Source of the DNA: Octopus vulgaris | Taxonomy: Eukaryota | Length of the DNA stretch: 64,000 nt | Assembly: GCA_951406725.2 (NCBI GenBank) | Contig: OX597816.1 | Coordinates: 168,702,001-168,766,000, forward strand | Direction of reading: 5' to 3' | Shown here: piece after piece, positions 25,039 through 41,883 of the stretch | Numbering within the stretch: position 1 is the stretch's first letter | How the letters are laid out: each line of letters opens with the position of its first letter | Position numbers and translations under genes: made by a program | Notes under the pieces: generated by a model | What the model saw: only the letters and a program-made list of their open reading frames with translations | Told to the model about the DNA's origin: nothing | Databases searched by the model: none

Positions 25039-25874
25039 TTAAGATTTTTTGTTCACCCCAAAATCTTGTGTACATAACTTAACTGAAGATAATTATTTCG
25101 TTTTTGGATTTGGTTTGCAAGATTCTTTATATGAGTTCGTGTGTTGAAGCATATTCTGTTGTGTCTGAGGAGAGTCATTTTCTTTTCGTGCCTTATAATA
25201 TAACACACTCACCAGTAAATAACGGACAGAGTCAAAACTATTGAAAAGGTTGCAAGATGCAATGAAAATTTTAGGAAAATAAAAATAAGAAAAAAGTGGA
25301 AATTTTACCAGTGAGTGTGTTATATTATAAGACACAAAAAGAAAATGACTCTCCCCAGACACAACTGAAAATAATTAGTATTCAATAAAAACTTGGTAGA
25401 GCAGCTAATTGTAATAAAAGAAAGCATAGTGCCCATTATGATATCAATATTTTGCTGTTTTGCATGTATAGAGAAGAATATATAGTAGTAAATTTCCTTT
25501 GCTTCTATTGACTGTACAAGTATATATTTAAACCTGATCTCTTGACCTGTTGATGACAGTAGCATTGGCAAGTTAATGTTAAATCAAAAAAGGTAATTTG
25601 ATATGTCATATTGGCAATCTCCATCAACCAAATTATACCAAGGAATACTTGATGATTATAAATTTGATACTCTGCAATCCCAACTCCACCACATTACATG
25701 TTTGTTAGAAACTCTCAGAATAATGGCAGAGGACAATCTGTTTCATTAATTAATAAATTAATTATTACATGGATTTACATAAATATATATGAACAAAGCA
25801 ATATGCATGGTGATGAAATAGTTCCTCCAGCCATGTTTCACCCCATTGTCATATATACATATATATATATATGC

Positions 25875-25921
<47 letters not shown>

Positions 25922-26718
25922 CTAAGCTAAGTATATATTTATATTTAAGATCTTTAAATTTTAATATTTTATAAGTCTTTGGTGTAATAATATTGTTTTT
26001 TTATGTAAATATTGTTGTTTATGTAATGATCTAATTATCGTAATTTTCTATATAATTATTAGATATCAACTTTAAGTTTATTCGTAAGATTTTACTTAAC
26101 GATAGATATGTTGTTTGATAGCAAGTATACGAGTTGTTTAATGTTAGGTTTATGTATATACATGTATTAATAGCATTAATTGTAGTTTTAAATTTCTTAT
26201 AATTATTATTTTAACTTATATATTGTCTTTTTAAATGGATATTTGCTAGTTTTATTCCCATTGATAAATATATTTATAGTATTTATAGTATTTATTTGAT
26301 ACTATATAACTACGAATTGATTATTTCTTTAAGTATCTTAAATATAAGATTTCCGAAAGTTATTATTTAGCCAACGAGATATAAAGATAGTTAATTTACT
26401 ATAGCGTTCATGTGTAAGATATATCATTCTTATGTATATACATATTTGCATGCATTTATGTCTGCATATATGATATGTACGTATTATATGCATTTGTATA
26501 TATGTAGGTATATATGTATATATATATATATATGTAAGATTAAATATATATCTTAATATATATATATATATATACATTTATATATTGTACATTGATACAG
26601 TGTGTATATATATATAGCTCATTATATAAATATTTATGTTAACATTATGCATATATATATATATTAAGATTATATCTTACATATATATATATTTTTTCCA
26701 TTTAAAATATAATATTTA

Positions 26719-26750
<32 letters not shown>

Positions 26751-27169
26751 CAAGCATCGTTAAGTTTTAAAGTCCTATGGTGCGTAAGTATATCCCGATT
26801 AATTATTCAATATAAACTATATATATTTAAAATATTCTGATTATATTAAAATATACACATTACGACCTATTGACTGTATACCACATAATATATATCATTA
26901 AGAATTTAAATTATTGTTATTCGAATTGGTTACAGCCATGAAACGATCGTAGTGTTTTTACTCTTTATCTTTTACTCTTTTACTTGTTTCAGTCATTTGA
27001 CTGCGGCCATGCTGGAGCACCACCTTTTAGTACTTATTCTATCGGTCTCTTTTGCCGAACCGCTAAGTGACGGGGACATAAACACACCAGTTTTATTAAA
27101 CTTTTAATACGTTTTGATATTTATATAATTTTTTAAAAAAAAGTAAAAAAAATAAATAAAATAATATAA

Positions 27170-30738
<3,569 letters not shown>

Positions 30739-31144
30739 TGCCGTTTGTTTTAGCCACTGATCTAAAGAGGAGCAGTTTGTAGCTACCAAACAATAGGTTA
30801 CCTTCGTACCTTGTATAGTGGGTTCATCTGGGATCCCGGAAAGCAGCTTGTCTAGATGTTTTTCACCAGATTCATATATGTTGGATATATAGTCGTCTCA
30901 CATTGCTATATCATATCCATATATATAGATACTGCATATCTCTATACTATGTATTGATCCAGTTACGGATTTACCTTTGTGGCACCAGTATAGTTGACTA
31001 TTGTATATGTATATATATACAGCTCTGTGGTGAAATATATAGCCCACCATTTTGGATATGTATATATCAGCTCTGCATATGGCAATATTTTAGTTTTGTT
31101 GTATATATGATTCCTAGAACATCTAGCAATAGTATGTCTGTTTT

Positions 31145-33938
31145 TTCTGTATCACTCTTGTGCAATGATGCCCTGTGGACACCGCTCTTGTTGCTACCCT
31201 CTCTAAGTCCAGTTTGCCGTGGCTGGCCACTGATCTAAGAGAGAGTTTGTAGCTGCTGCCCTTAGGTTACCTTCGTACCTTGCAGTGGGTTCATCTGGGA
31301 TCCCGGAAAGCAGCTTGTCTAGATGTTTTTTGAAAATGTCCACATCCGCATCATGTAGATCTCTTAGTTTTCTTGGCAGTTTGTTGAACAGCTGAGGGCC
31401 CCTGAACCCCAGGCTATTACAGTATCTGCTCCTTACCCTGGATGTGGAAGACGGGACCTTTGGCACCACACAGTGACGACCTGTACGGGGATTGGAACAG
31501 CTCTCAATTCCAAAATTTGGTGCTAGTCCCTCCAGGATTTTCCATATGTATATCACTGCATATCTCTCTCGTCTTCGTTCCAAGGAGTACAAATTGAGTT
31601 CCCTAAGCCTCTCCCAATAGTTCTTTTCTTTCATGGTGGAAATCCTCTTGGTGAAATGTCTTTGGATTGTCTCAAGCTCTGTGGTTAGTTTGACACTATG
31701 CGGTGACCACAGTTGGGAGCAGTAGTCTAGGCGGCTTAGGACAAATGTCCTCCATAGTGTCAACATGGTCTCGCAGTCTCTTGTCCGGAATGTCCTCAGG
31801 ATCCAGCCAGTGAGTCGTCTGCACATTGTCGCCACCTTCGCGATGTGTGAAGAAAAAGATGCATCGTCACTCATGTCTATCCCCAGGTCCCGTATTGATT
31901 TCGATACTGGGATTTCGATCCCTCCTGGACCAGTATAGTTGTGTTGTAATGTATATGTGTTTACAGCTTGATATTGTAAGGCTTGAAATTTACCAGCATT
32001 AAATTGCATGTTGTTGTCTTCAGCCCATTTGTATATGGCATCCAGATCTTGTTGTAAAAGGTCAGCATCAGCTGGGTTTTTGATTGCCTGTGCTACCTTT
32101 GTGTCATCAGCATAGCTAGTGAGGGATGTTGTTTGTGCTACCAAGGGCATGTCAGAGAGCGCCACCAAAAACAGCAAGGGTCCCAAGACTGTGCCCTGTG
32201 GCACCCCGCTTGCTATTGGTGTCTTTCCCGAGAGGGCTCCATTGGCTGCAACCATCTGGCTTCTGTCCTTCAGGAAGTCATGTATCCACTCACCTACTTT
32301 TCCTGTTATGCCGAGTCTGAGTAATTTGTGACATATCACTCCGTGGTCGACTTTGTCAAAGGCCTTCGCAAAGTCGAGATATACCACATCCACCTGTGAG
32401 CGATCCAGTAGTTGTTTCAGTACCCAGTCGTAGTGTTGTAACAGCTGCGTAAGGCAGCTTCTTCCTGGGCGAAAGCCATGCTGTGTGTCAGTGAGACGGT
32501 TAGTTTCTTCGAGGAACGTGATCAGTTTTTTTCTGATGATTCGTTCCATGACCTTACTTATGTGTGACGTCAGGGAGACTGGCCTGTAGTTTTTGGCCTC
32601 TGCTCTACTCCCTCCTTTGTGGATAGGGCATATGGTGCCTTCTTTTAGCGCCCTGGGCAGTTTACCGTTAGCCAAGGAACCACTGAAGAGCATCTTCAGT
32701 GGTCCAGCCAGAGCATGCCTGCATGTTTTTAGGAGGACTGCTGGGAATCCATCTGGTCCAGCAGCTGAGTTTATTCTCATTTCTTCTCCATGGCAGATAT
32801 TACATCCCTCTCTGTTATGTCTATGTGGTCGATGGTTGTTGTTTGGTTTTGGAGTGTTGTGGCATCAAAGAAAACTTCTGGGTTTGTGATTTGCATGTGC
32901 CCCAGAGGGGATGTGAACACACTTTTATACTGTTCCTTTAGTATTTCACTTATCCCTTGGGGGTCCTCAGTTAGAGAGCCCTTTTTATCAAAGAGTGGGC
33001 CAATCTTGCAGTGTACCGAGGTGGTTTCTTTCGCAAATTTAAAAGCTTTAGGGTTTGTTTTAATATTCTCTATGGCCCTGGCTTCTCTCTCTGCCCTCTC
33101 CTTCTCATAGGAAAGTTTGAGTGCAGTTTCCGTTTTCAAAAAGTTTCAGGTGGAGTCCCTTATTGTTTCTCTGCCGTGCATTCAGTTGCTTCGAGAGCTT
33201 AGCTCTTCGCCTCATAAGTATTTTCCTGTCTCTGGGAATAACGTTCCTATGCCCGCTGGCTTTTTCTCCGGGACAAACTTATGGCATATGTTCTGTATTG
33301 TTGTCATGGGAAATGTTGGAAATGTGTGTTGGTCTCTTGTGTGGTGATGAAGTCACTCCAGTCATGTTTTCGGATCTCTTCGTTGATCTTCTTCCAGTTT
33401 GCCTTATGGAAGTTTAGACTGGATAGGCCTGTGGTATTTTCTAATGGCTGCGTCTCAACTAACTCTCTCATACCATATATCATTACCTCTACTAAGTTGT
33501 GATCTGAGAGAATTGTAGGTGTTACCATTATGTTGTGGATGAGCATCGGGTTGCTTGTGAAACAGAGGTCCAAGACATTCTCACCTCTTGTTGGCCGAAG
33601 CACTGCTTGTTCCATGAAAAACTTGCGTGTGAGAGCCAACAAGGACTCTGTCTGTCTCTGTTCAAGTGATGTCATTCCAGGGAGGAGATGGCCATCTGGC
33701 CATTTGACTTTCGGAAGGTTAAAATCTCCCAGCAGTAGAATGGTGTTACCCTGGTCCAGTTTGTCCAGGACTTCTTCTATTCTTCTGAGGCTATCTTCAA
33801 ACACTCCTTCATGACTAGGGGTGTCTGGTGGCCGATATGTGACACATATTACTATTTTCGGTTGTTTCATGTGTACTATCAGTGTGTCACAGACTGAGTT
33901 TGAGTGTGTCAACAGTACTATGGGTGTGACATCTTCAC
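31145..33938 (-). mobile_element. CR1-group LINE ORF2: APE endonuclease (33304-33912) and RT (31203-32780), frameshifted, cut by the gap
   Basis: TYRPP, LLGDFNLP, SDHNL (APE); GPDG, NYRPVSLTS, LDFAKAFD, SGVPQG, YADD (RT). Confidence 0.93.
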
Positions 33939-34038
33939 NNNNNNNNNNNNNNNNNNNNNNNNNNNNNNNNNNNNNNNNNNNNNNNNNNNNNNNNNNNNNN
34001 NNNNNNNNNNNNNNNNNNNNNNNNNNNNNNNNNNNNNN
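33939..34038. other. Assembly gap (100 N)
   Basis: Run of N. Confidence 1.
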
Positions 34039-34136
34039 TTTTAACTTTTATATTTTTTAAATAAATTTTATTTCTATGTATTGGCTTATCATGTTCACTG
34101 TTTGATTTGCCTAATAGTGGTTTTATCTCTAATTTA

Positions 34137-34188
<52 letters not shown>

Positions 34189-34684
34189 TATATATAACAA
34201 CTCTTAGCCATGTGCGAGCACTTTTCAAACCATTCACATATATGTACATTATTATCAATTTGATGTATAAATTGCTGATAAATTTTTATAGCATGCTGAC
34301 TACTTGATAAACATCATTAACGCGAGTTTTATCCCTATGCATCTTTATGAGCATTTATTGTTAGTTGCCACTTCTTCAGGGTGGAATTCACTGCATTTTT
34401 CAGATAGAATCTAAATTAAATACAAGTCCAGCTGAAATGCATGTGGTGTTGACATTGTTCAAAAAATAGCCTAGATTGTAATCTTTTCAAATCTACTGGC
34501 TAAACACAAAAGGAATTTTAGTATTCTGCAGATATAAACCATCCTTAAATGGTAAGTAATAGTATCAACACTTAGTATCAGGTTACCTTAAGTATGTTTT
34601 TTACTATTATTATTCTCCCTCTCCCTAGTATTGCTACCACATCTGCTCTTATTATTATTGTTGATATTGTAAGTAATGAGCTAT

Positions 34685-35072
34685 GGGGGGGGAAGCACTC
34701 CGTCGGTTACGACGACGAGGGTTCCGGTTGATCCGATCAACGGAACAGCCTGCTCGTGAAATTAACATGTAAATGGCTGAACACTCCACAGACACGTGCA
34801 CCCTTAATGTAGTTCTCGGGGATATTCAGCGTGACACAGAGAGTGACAAGGCTGGCCCTTTGAAATACAGGTACAACAGAAACAGGAAGTAAGAGTGAGA
34901 GAAAGTTGTGGTGAAAGAGTACAGCAGGGATCACCACCATCCCTGGCGGAGCCTCGTGGAGCTTTAGGTGTTTTCGCTCAATAAACACTCACAACGCCCG
35001 GTCTGGGAATTGAAACCGCGATCCTTCGACCGCGAGTCCACTGCCCTAACCACTGGGCCATTGCGCCTCCAC
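34685..35072 (-). mobile_element. SINE head family C, tail type 2
   Basis: Matches 12148-12523; TSD AATGAGCTAT. Confidence 0.88.
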
Positions 35073-35209
35073 AATGAGCTATAATTCTATTATTTTATTT
35101 GCTAATTTTATAACTAAATTTCATTTATTAAAATTTAAGGATATCGTTAATTTCATTCCCAAATTGTTCTGTAATCCCTAGAAAAAGGTTAATCTATTTA
35201 GGAGTTTAA

Positions 35210-35429
35210 CCCTTTTGTTACCAACCCGGTTGAAACCAGCTCTGGCTCTGTAGTACAAATGTTTTATTTTCATAAGTTTTGAATTAAAATCTTCCACCAA
35301 ACCTTAGTCACAATTTATGTTCCTAGCATTAGCTTAATGATAACTAAGTTATTTTACTAAATTCTTTGTTATATTTAAAGTGATTTAAAGAAACACAGAG
35401 CATTCAAAATAAATACAGTAACAAAAGGG
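35210..35429. mobile_element. piggyBac-type MITE
   Basis: TTAA TSD; CCCTTTTGTTAC TIRs. Confidence 0.85.
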
Positions 35430-36096
35430 TTAATTTAATTACCCTCTCAACTTGCTATTGTTTACTTGATTTCAATTCTAATTTCAACATTATATATTAA
35501 GCAATTATTCAAATTTATGAAATGTATGTTTAGCTTAGTGAATACAACGTATGGCACTCTCACTTCTATGGCTTAGTAATTTGAATTTTGATGTAAGAAT
35601 TTGGTAAATTTCTTCCACACACACAATTCACATCATTTGCTTCCTCTACTGCATCGTTTAGCTCTACTAATTATTTCCCAGGTAATTTTATATTCTTTAT
35701 TATTAACTTTTAAGGACCAAATTAGTTTACTTAAACTAGTGCTATTTCTCTTTTTGCAATCTCTAAATGAGTTATTGTAGTTGGCAATTCTTTTTATATA
35801 TGTTTTGCAAGTGCCAATGCAATATTATACCTGATCTTCTGAGATTACCTTGCACCTATATACTGTTACTTTAGCTTTGCAGTTAAAATCAAGGGAACAT
35901 AATCTATTTATTGTGCAACCACATTTTTTAATCTATAACTCTAGTATTTATATCTTGTTTGCTTCCCTGATTATTTCTTTTGTTATTTCTGCCCCTTTTA
36001 TCTTCTAATTTACATTCTGTTTCTTGATTTTCAATTTTAGTATCACTTTCCAATATATTATTTTGGCTATTATTCACAAAGTCTCGGTTATTATTA

Positions 36097-36312
36097 GGCG
36101 AGCTGGCAGAAATGTTAGCACGCTGGGCGAAATGCGTAGCCGTATTTCGCCTGCAGTTACGTTCTGAGTTCAAATTCTGCCAAGGTCGACTTTGCCTTTC
36201 ATCCTTTCGGGGTCAATAAATAAAGTACCAGTTTTGCACTGGGGTCAATGTAATCGACTTAATCCATTTGTCTGTCCTCTATGTTTAGCCCCTTGTGGGT
36301 AGTAAAGAAATA
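36097..36312 (+). mobile_element. SINE family B
   Basis: Family similarity. Confidence 0.88.
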
Positions 36313-36321
36313 ATAATAATA

Positions 36322-36353
<32 letters not shown>

Positions 36354-36737
36354 TCATTTCACTGTTTTCTATGCGTTAGGTTAGTATTTTAATTTTGGAT
36401 ATTTGCACTTACTATGTTGGTCCTTTTAGCATTTTTGTTTCCCTGTTCATATGCTTGGATGGTGTTTACAAAAGTTAATTTCCCTTGGCTCGTTTTCCTT
36501 TTTATCTTTATTTATGTCAACTCCTCTTGTTTCATTACTGTTAGGTAATATATTTATGGTTAGTTGGAGTTGGGGGGGGCGCTAGGAATGTGGCCTGGAT
36601 ATCAAGGAGGTGGCAGCCTGATAAAGTTTGGGAACCACTGGCCTATATCATTGATTCTGTTATTATCGTTTTTAATTGTTGCTCTAGATAATAATAGAGT
36701 CAATAATATCTTCGCAAATATTTTTTCCTTTCCTCTC

Positions 36738-37146
36738 TCTTTTACTCTTTTACTTGTTTCAGTCATTTGACTGCGGCCATGCTGGAGCACCGCCTTTAGT
36801 CGAGCAAATCGACCCCGGGACTTATTCTTTGTAAGCCCAGTACTTATTCTATCGGTCTCTTTTGCCAAACCGCTAAGTGACGGGGATGTAAACACACCAG
36901 CATCGGTTGTCAAGCAATGCTAGGGGGACAAACACAGACACACAAACATATACACACACACACACTTATATACATATATACGACAGGCTTCTTTCAGTTT
37001 CCGTCTACCAAATCCACTCACAAGGCATTGGTCAGCCCGGGGCTATAGCAGAAGACACTTGCCCAAGATGCCACGCAGTGGGACTGAACCCGGAACCATG
37101 TGGTTGGTTAGCAAGCTACTTACCACACAGCCACTCCTGCGCCTAT
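36738..37146 (-). mobile_element. SINE family A
   Basis: Family similarity. Confidence 0.9.
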
Positions 37147-37491
37147 GAATTTTTTTGTTGCGTATTGAAATTATTTTCATACTGACACAAAACCAATCAG
37201 GTGAATCGCAGACTTCAACGTGATAGGTCGTGGCTTTCCATCATGAAAATGCGTGCTGAGGGAGAGGAGGCTATAATGCCAGTCCAGAAACTGGCCCACA
37301 TGAGTCCAACTATTTGAATGTATGTTGAGAGATTGTTCTAACCCATCTTCTTGCAAACGGTTGATTATTGTAATTTATCATCGGTTTTTTTGGGGTTTTT
37401 TTTTTGGGGGGGGGGGGGATTTAAATAAGAGTTTTGACTGTTATTTCTGGCAGGGAGACATACTTAGTATGTCCTTTGATTAATTTTAATA

Positions 37492-37850
37492 CGTGTGTGT
37501 GTGTGTGTGTGTGTGTCTGTGTGTCTGAGTGTGTGTGTGTCTGTGTGTGTCTGTGTGTGTGTGTGTCTGTGTGTGTCTGTGTGTGTGTGTGTGTCTGTGT
37601 GTCTGAGTGTGTGTGTGTCTGTGTGTGTGTCTGTGTGTGTGTGCGTGCGTGTGTGTGTGTCTGTGTGTGTATGTTTGTCTGTGTGTGTGTGTGTCTGTGT
37701 GTGTGTGTGTGTGTCTGTCTGTGTCTGTGTGTCTGAGTGTGTGTGTGCCTGTGTGTGTGTGTCTATGTCTGTGTGCCTGTGTGTGTGTGTGTGTGTGTAT
37801 GTGTCTGTATGTGTGTATGTGTCTGTGTGTGTGTGTGTGCATATATATAT
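37492..37850. repeat. (GT)n/(GTCT) compound microsatellite
   Basis: Direct inspection. Confidence 0.95.
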
Positions 37851-37859
37851 ATGTGTCCT

Positions 37860-38330
37860 CCTCAATGGGCTTCTCAATAGGACACTTTCAGGACCAATTT
37901 CAGTGGAAAGCAGTGTCAAACAGGGTGACATAATAGCACCTGCTCTGTTCTCACCTGCATTTAGATTCAATATTCATATGAAGAAGTCAGGGAAGCACAA
38001 GTGGAGCTTGACATTTTCATGGGAGGTAAAAGACACGAAGCAGTGGACAACATTATGTTATCTTGGAAGTACACTTAATAGAGTTGGTACCCTTGATGCC
38101 AAAATAAACCCCACAGCTGCAAAAGTTGGTGTTGTTTTGGGGAAACTCAAAAACTGATCCTGTGTTCTTACATTCTTGGTATTTGAGTATGAAACATAGA
38201 CAACCTACAAGCATCATATCAAGAAACTGGAGAAGTTTCATCAACATTATACCTGACACACATTGTACATCAGGCAGCACTAGTACTGAAAAAAGAAGAA
38301 TTTTGAACCAGATCTGTTGGGCTGAGTGAA
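37860..38330 (+). mobile_element. Highly degenerate RTE RT remnant
   Basis: SSVKQGDIIAPALF and LCYLGSTLNR motifs. Confidence 0.6.
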
Positions 38331-38378
38331 TGAATGGGGATGACCTTTTTTGAGTCAATTAATTAGGAATGAAAGATA

Positions 38379-38600
38379 TATTTCTTTACTACCCACAAAG
38401 GACTAAACACAGAGGGGACAAACAAGGACAGACAAAGGGATTAAGTCGATTTCATCGACCCCAGTGCGTAACTCGTACTTAATTTATCGACCCCAAAAGG
38501 ATGAAAGGCAAAGTCGACCTTGGCAGAATTTGAACTCGGAACGTATCGACAGACGAAAAACGGCTACGCATTTCGCCCGGCGTGCTAACGGTTCTGCCAG
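38379..38600 (-). mobile_element. SINE family B, ~30 bp from the exon 9 donor
   Basis: Family similarity. Confidence 0.88.
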
Positions 38601-38630
38601 AAAACTCTGCTCTTTAACAGAGATACTTAC

Positions 38631-38689
38631 CAGCAAGTCCATATGATGTTGAATTAGCAAGAGCGACTGCTTCATCTTCTGTTTCAAAT
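38631..38689 (-). CDS. ALDH5A1: SSADH coding exon, 59 bp (exon 9 equivalent)
   Basis: AG/GTAAG boundaries; (K)FETEDEAVALANSTSYGLA(G); phases match both flanking exons. Confidence 0.93.
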
Positions 38690-39000
38690 CTGCAATTATC
38701 AAAATATGAAAATATTTTTCTTATTGTTTTCTCATTTTTTAGACCTTTATTTACACAACCTCATTTTATTTAAGTCAGTTACCTGGACCAGGAGTTCACA
38801 GCCTTCTGCCAGAAAGATACTTAATTCTAAATGCTCTATTCACCTTGTTAATTTTCCAAACCTTTTGATTAACTATGATAAAGCAGAACATGTGACTTTT
38901 ACTTTCTATAGAATCCAGAGACATACCATTTTGAGCTCTGAGAATTCAAAAAGTTTGGTTTTTGAAATAAATTTTGAAACTTTGTTTAAATCATTTCATG

Positions 39001-39144
39001 TACCCTTCCCCCCACTCCTAACCCTAACTAACCCTAACCCTAAAACAGATTGAAATGCAATAGATCGATACTAGGGTCATAATTATGGGTGACAATTTCA
39101 TATGACACCGCTAGAAAAAACTGCCGTTCAAACCGAGAAGATCC
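39001..39144 (-). mobile_element. Partial TTAGGG-bearing MITE (one TIR)
   Basis: Matches the right part of 5443-5860. Confidence 0.8.
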
Positions 39145-39491
39145 CAGAAAAATAGCTGTCATACAACAAGGAGGTTTGTATTGCCCACCTCTGCAGTAGC
39201 CACTTCCAAAATCTGCTCAAAATAGCAGTTAATTTTCTCTCAAATCACACACCATGGCCTTAAACAAGGAAGGACACATTAAATGATGTATTCCTAGCCT
39301 TTGGTCATAGGCTTGTTTGATCATGGTTGACCTAGGGCTAAACAATAACAGCAGGCTTACAAATAAAGACAGGACATTGAAGAAAATAGATCTCAATACT
39401 AATACTCTTCACTGTATTCTCTTAAGCATTACATTTTTGAACATGCAGTGTAGTCTTTAGCTTTGCAGAAACCTGATATATTTATATATAT

Positions 39492-39640
39492 ATAGGGAGA
39501 GTTTACAAAAAAAACAAAAGACGAAGACAGGTGGTGTACAAAACAAACAGATGTATTAGTATAACACTCAGGAATAGAAAAAGTCATTTACGTTTCGAGC
39601 CTACGCTCTTCTACAGAAAGGGACACAGAAAGAAACAAGG
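39492..39640 (-). mobile_element. Penelope-type terminal repeat fragment with a hammerhead-like motif
   Basis: Related to 43778-43925; minus strand CTGTAGAA-GAGC-GTAG-GCTC-GAAACGT. Confidence 0.55.
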
Positions 39641-39724
39641 AGAGAAACAAGGACAGAAAAAAGGAGAGAAAAAAAGGAGAGATAAAAAAGGAGAGAAAAA
39701 ATATATATATATATATATACATAT

Positions 39725-40063
39725 TGGGCAAGTGTCTTCTGCTATAGCCCCGGGCAGACCAATGCCTTGTGAGTGGATTTGGTAGACGGAAACTGAAAGA
39801 AGCCTGTCGTATATATGTATATATACATGTGTGTATGTGTGTGTGTTTGTGTGTCTGTGTTTGTCCCCCTAGCATTGCTTGACAACCGATGCTGGTGTGT
39901 TTACGTCCCCGTCACTTAGCAGTTCGGCAAAAGAGACCGAAAGAATAAGTACTGGTCTTACAAAGAATAAGTCCCGGGGTCGAATTGCTCGACTAAAGGT
40001 GGTGCTCCAGCATGGCCGCAGTCAAATGACTGAAACAAGTAAAAGAGTAAAAGAGTAAAGAGT
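39725..40063 (+). mobile_element. SINE family A, 5'-truncated
   Basis: Family similarity. Confidence 0.88.
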
Positions 40064-40385
40064 ATATATATTTATATATATATATATATTTTATATATGG
40101 CATCATAAAAGTACGAATCATATTCAGCTGTATATGTAATGTACCAAAGACCTGCTAAATTATGGCTAACCTGGTGTGACACAACAGCAACCAACTTTTC
40201 TGCAGAGTTATATCAATAAAACAGAAAGGAGATGCTGGTTAGGAAATGTGTCAAATTTGTAAATGACATTGAAGAGAATTTTTCCTTTACAATTCTACTG
40301 GCTTGAAACCACATTGAAACAAAAATGGATGGACAAATACATACATGGACAGACGGGTTGGTATAAATAGATAGATTAGATAGAT

Positions 40386-41063
40386 CCATGGTTCTCAACC
40401 AAGCTCCTTATATGGTTCTTAGAAATCCATATAAAGATTTTGTTGTTAAAATTTATCTGCAATGAATTGGTTATATTTCTACAACGCACAAAATATTTTA
40501 ACAAATTTGTTAATACAATTCCTAATAATTTTTAATTATAAAAATAGGCATAGGAGTGGCTGTGTGGTAAGTAGCTTGCTTACGAACCACATGGTTCCGG
40601 GTTCAGTCCCACTGCATGGCACCTTGGGCAAGTGTCTTCTACTATAGCCTCGGGCCGACCAAAGCCTTATGAGTGGATATTTGGTAGACGGAAACTGAAA
40701 GAAGCCCGTCGTATATATGTGTGCGTGCGTGTGTGTGTGTGTGTGTGTGTGTGTATGTTTGTGTGTCTGTGTTTGTCTCACCAACATCGCTTGACAACCG
40801 ATGCTGGTGTGTTTACGTCCCCGTAACTTAGCAGTTCGGCAAAAGAGACCGATAGAATAAGTACTAGGCTTACAAAGAATAAGTCCTGGGATCAATTTGC
40901 TCGACTAGAGGCGATGCTCCAGCATGGCCACAGTCAAATGACTGAAACAAGTAAAAGAGTAAAATATACCATGATTTTTTAAACAACAAATGGCTAGGAG
41001 GGTCCACCTGAGTAAAACAGGAATCAAAAGGGTCCACAGGTAAAAAGTGATTGAGAAACACAG
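40386..41063. mobile_element. hAT/Charlie-like MITE interrupted by a family A SINE
   Basis: Termini CCATGGTTCTCAAC ... ATTGAGAAACACAG. Confidence 0.6.
40545..40961 (+). mobile_element. SINE family A
   Basis: Family similarity. Confidence 0.9.
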
Positions 41064-41147
41064 AGTTAGATGGATAGATTAGTTGGACAGGTAGATAGAT
41101 AGATGGTTAAGAAGAACAGACAGATGGTAGTAAATTATTCAACTTAC

Positions 41148-41317
41148 TTGATTACAGGTGCCAATGGTCCAAAAATCTCTTCATTGGCGCAACGCATGTC
41201 AGTTGTTACATCAGATAGTAGGGTGGGTTGAAAAAAATTTTCCCCAATTGGGAGTTTTTCACCTCCAAAGACCTTTCTGGCACCTTTTGACAAGGCATCT
41301 TGGACAAGAGAGTCAAC
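41148..41317 (-). CDS. ALDH5A1: SSADH coding exon, 170 bp (exon 8 equivalent)
   Basis: AG/GTAAG boundaries; [19 protein letters not shown]...[29 protein letters not shown](K), ends in phase 2. Confidence 0.95.
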
Positions 41318-41401
41318 CTGATTTACAAAGAAATTAAATCAATATTTAAAGATGCATCAACTGTAAAACAACAACAAATCCATAAAATATAATTTCAGAA
41401 T

Positions 41402-41815
41402 ATACTCTTTTACTTGTTTCAGTCATTTGACTGCGGCCATGCTGGAGCAGCGCCTTTAGTTGAGCAAATCGACCCCAGGACTTATTCTTTGTAAGCCTAG
41501 TACATATTCTATTGGTCTCCTTTGCCAAACCGCTAAGTTACGGGGACATAGACACACCAGCATCAGTTGTCAAGTGATGTTGGGGAGGGACAAACACAGA
41601 CACACAAACATATACACACACATACACATATATATATATATATATATATACGACGGGCTTTTTTCAGTTTCCGTCTACCAATCCACTCACAAGGCATTGG
41701 TCAGCCTGAGGCTATAGTAGAAGACACTTGCCCAAGGTGCTACGCAGTGGGACTGAACCCAGAACCATGTGGTTCGTAAGCAAGCTACTTACCACACAGT
41801 CACTCCTATGCCTAT
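41402..41815 (-). mobile_element. SINE family A
   Basis: Family similarity; inverted partner of 40545-40961 across exon 8. Confidence 0.9.
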
Positions 41816-41883
41816 ATATGTTAACTATATTGTCAATACTAACAAAAGCATGCAGTATTGCACAATTCACAATTCACACAGCT

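Noticed and set aside
32119-33814. Plus-strand ORFs overlapping the LINE (also 4271-5116)
   Set aside because: Antisense shadows of the RT/endonuclease frame.
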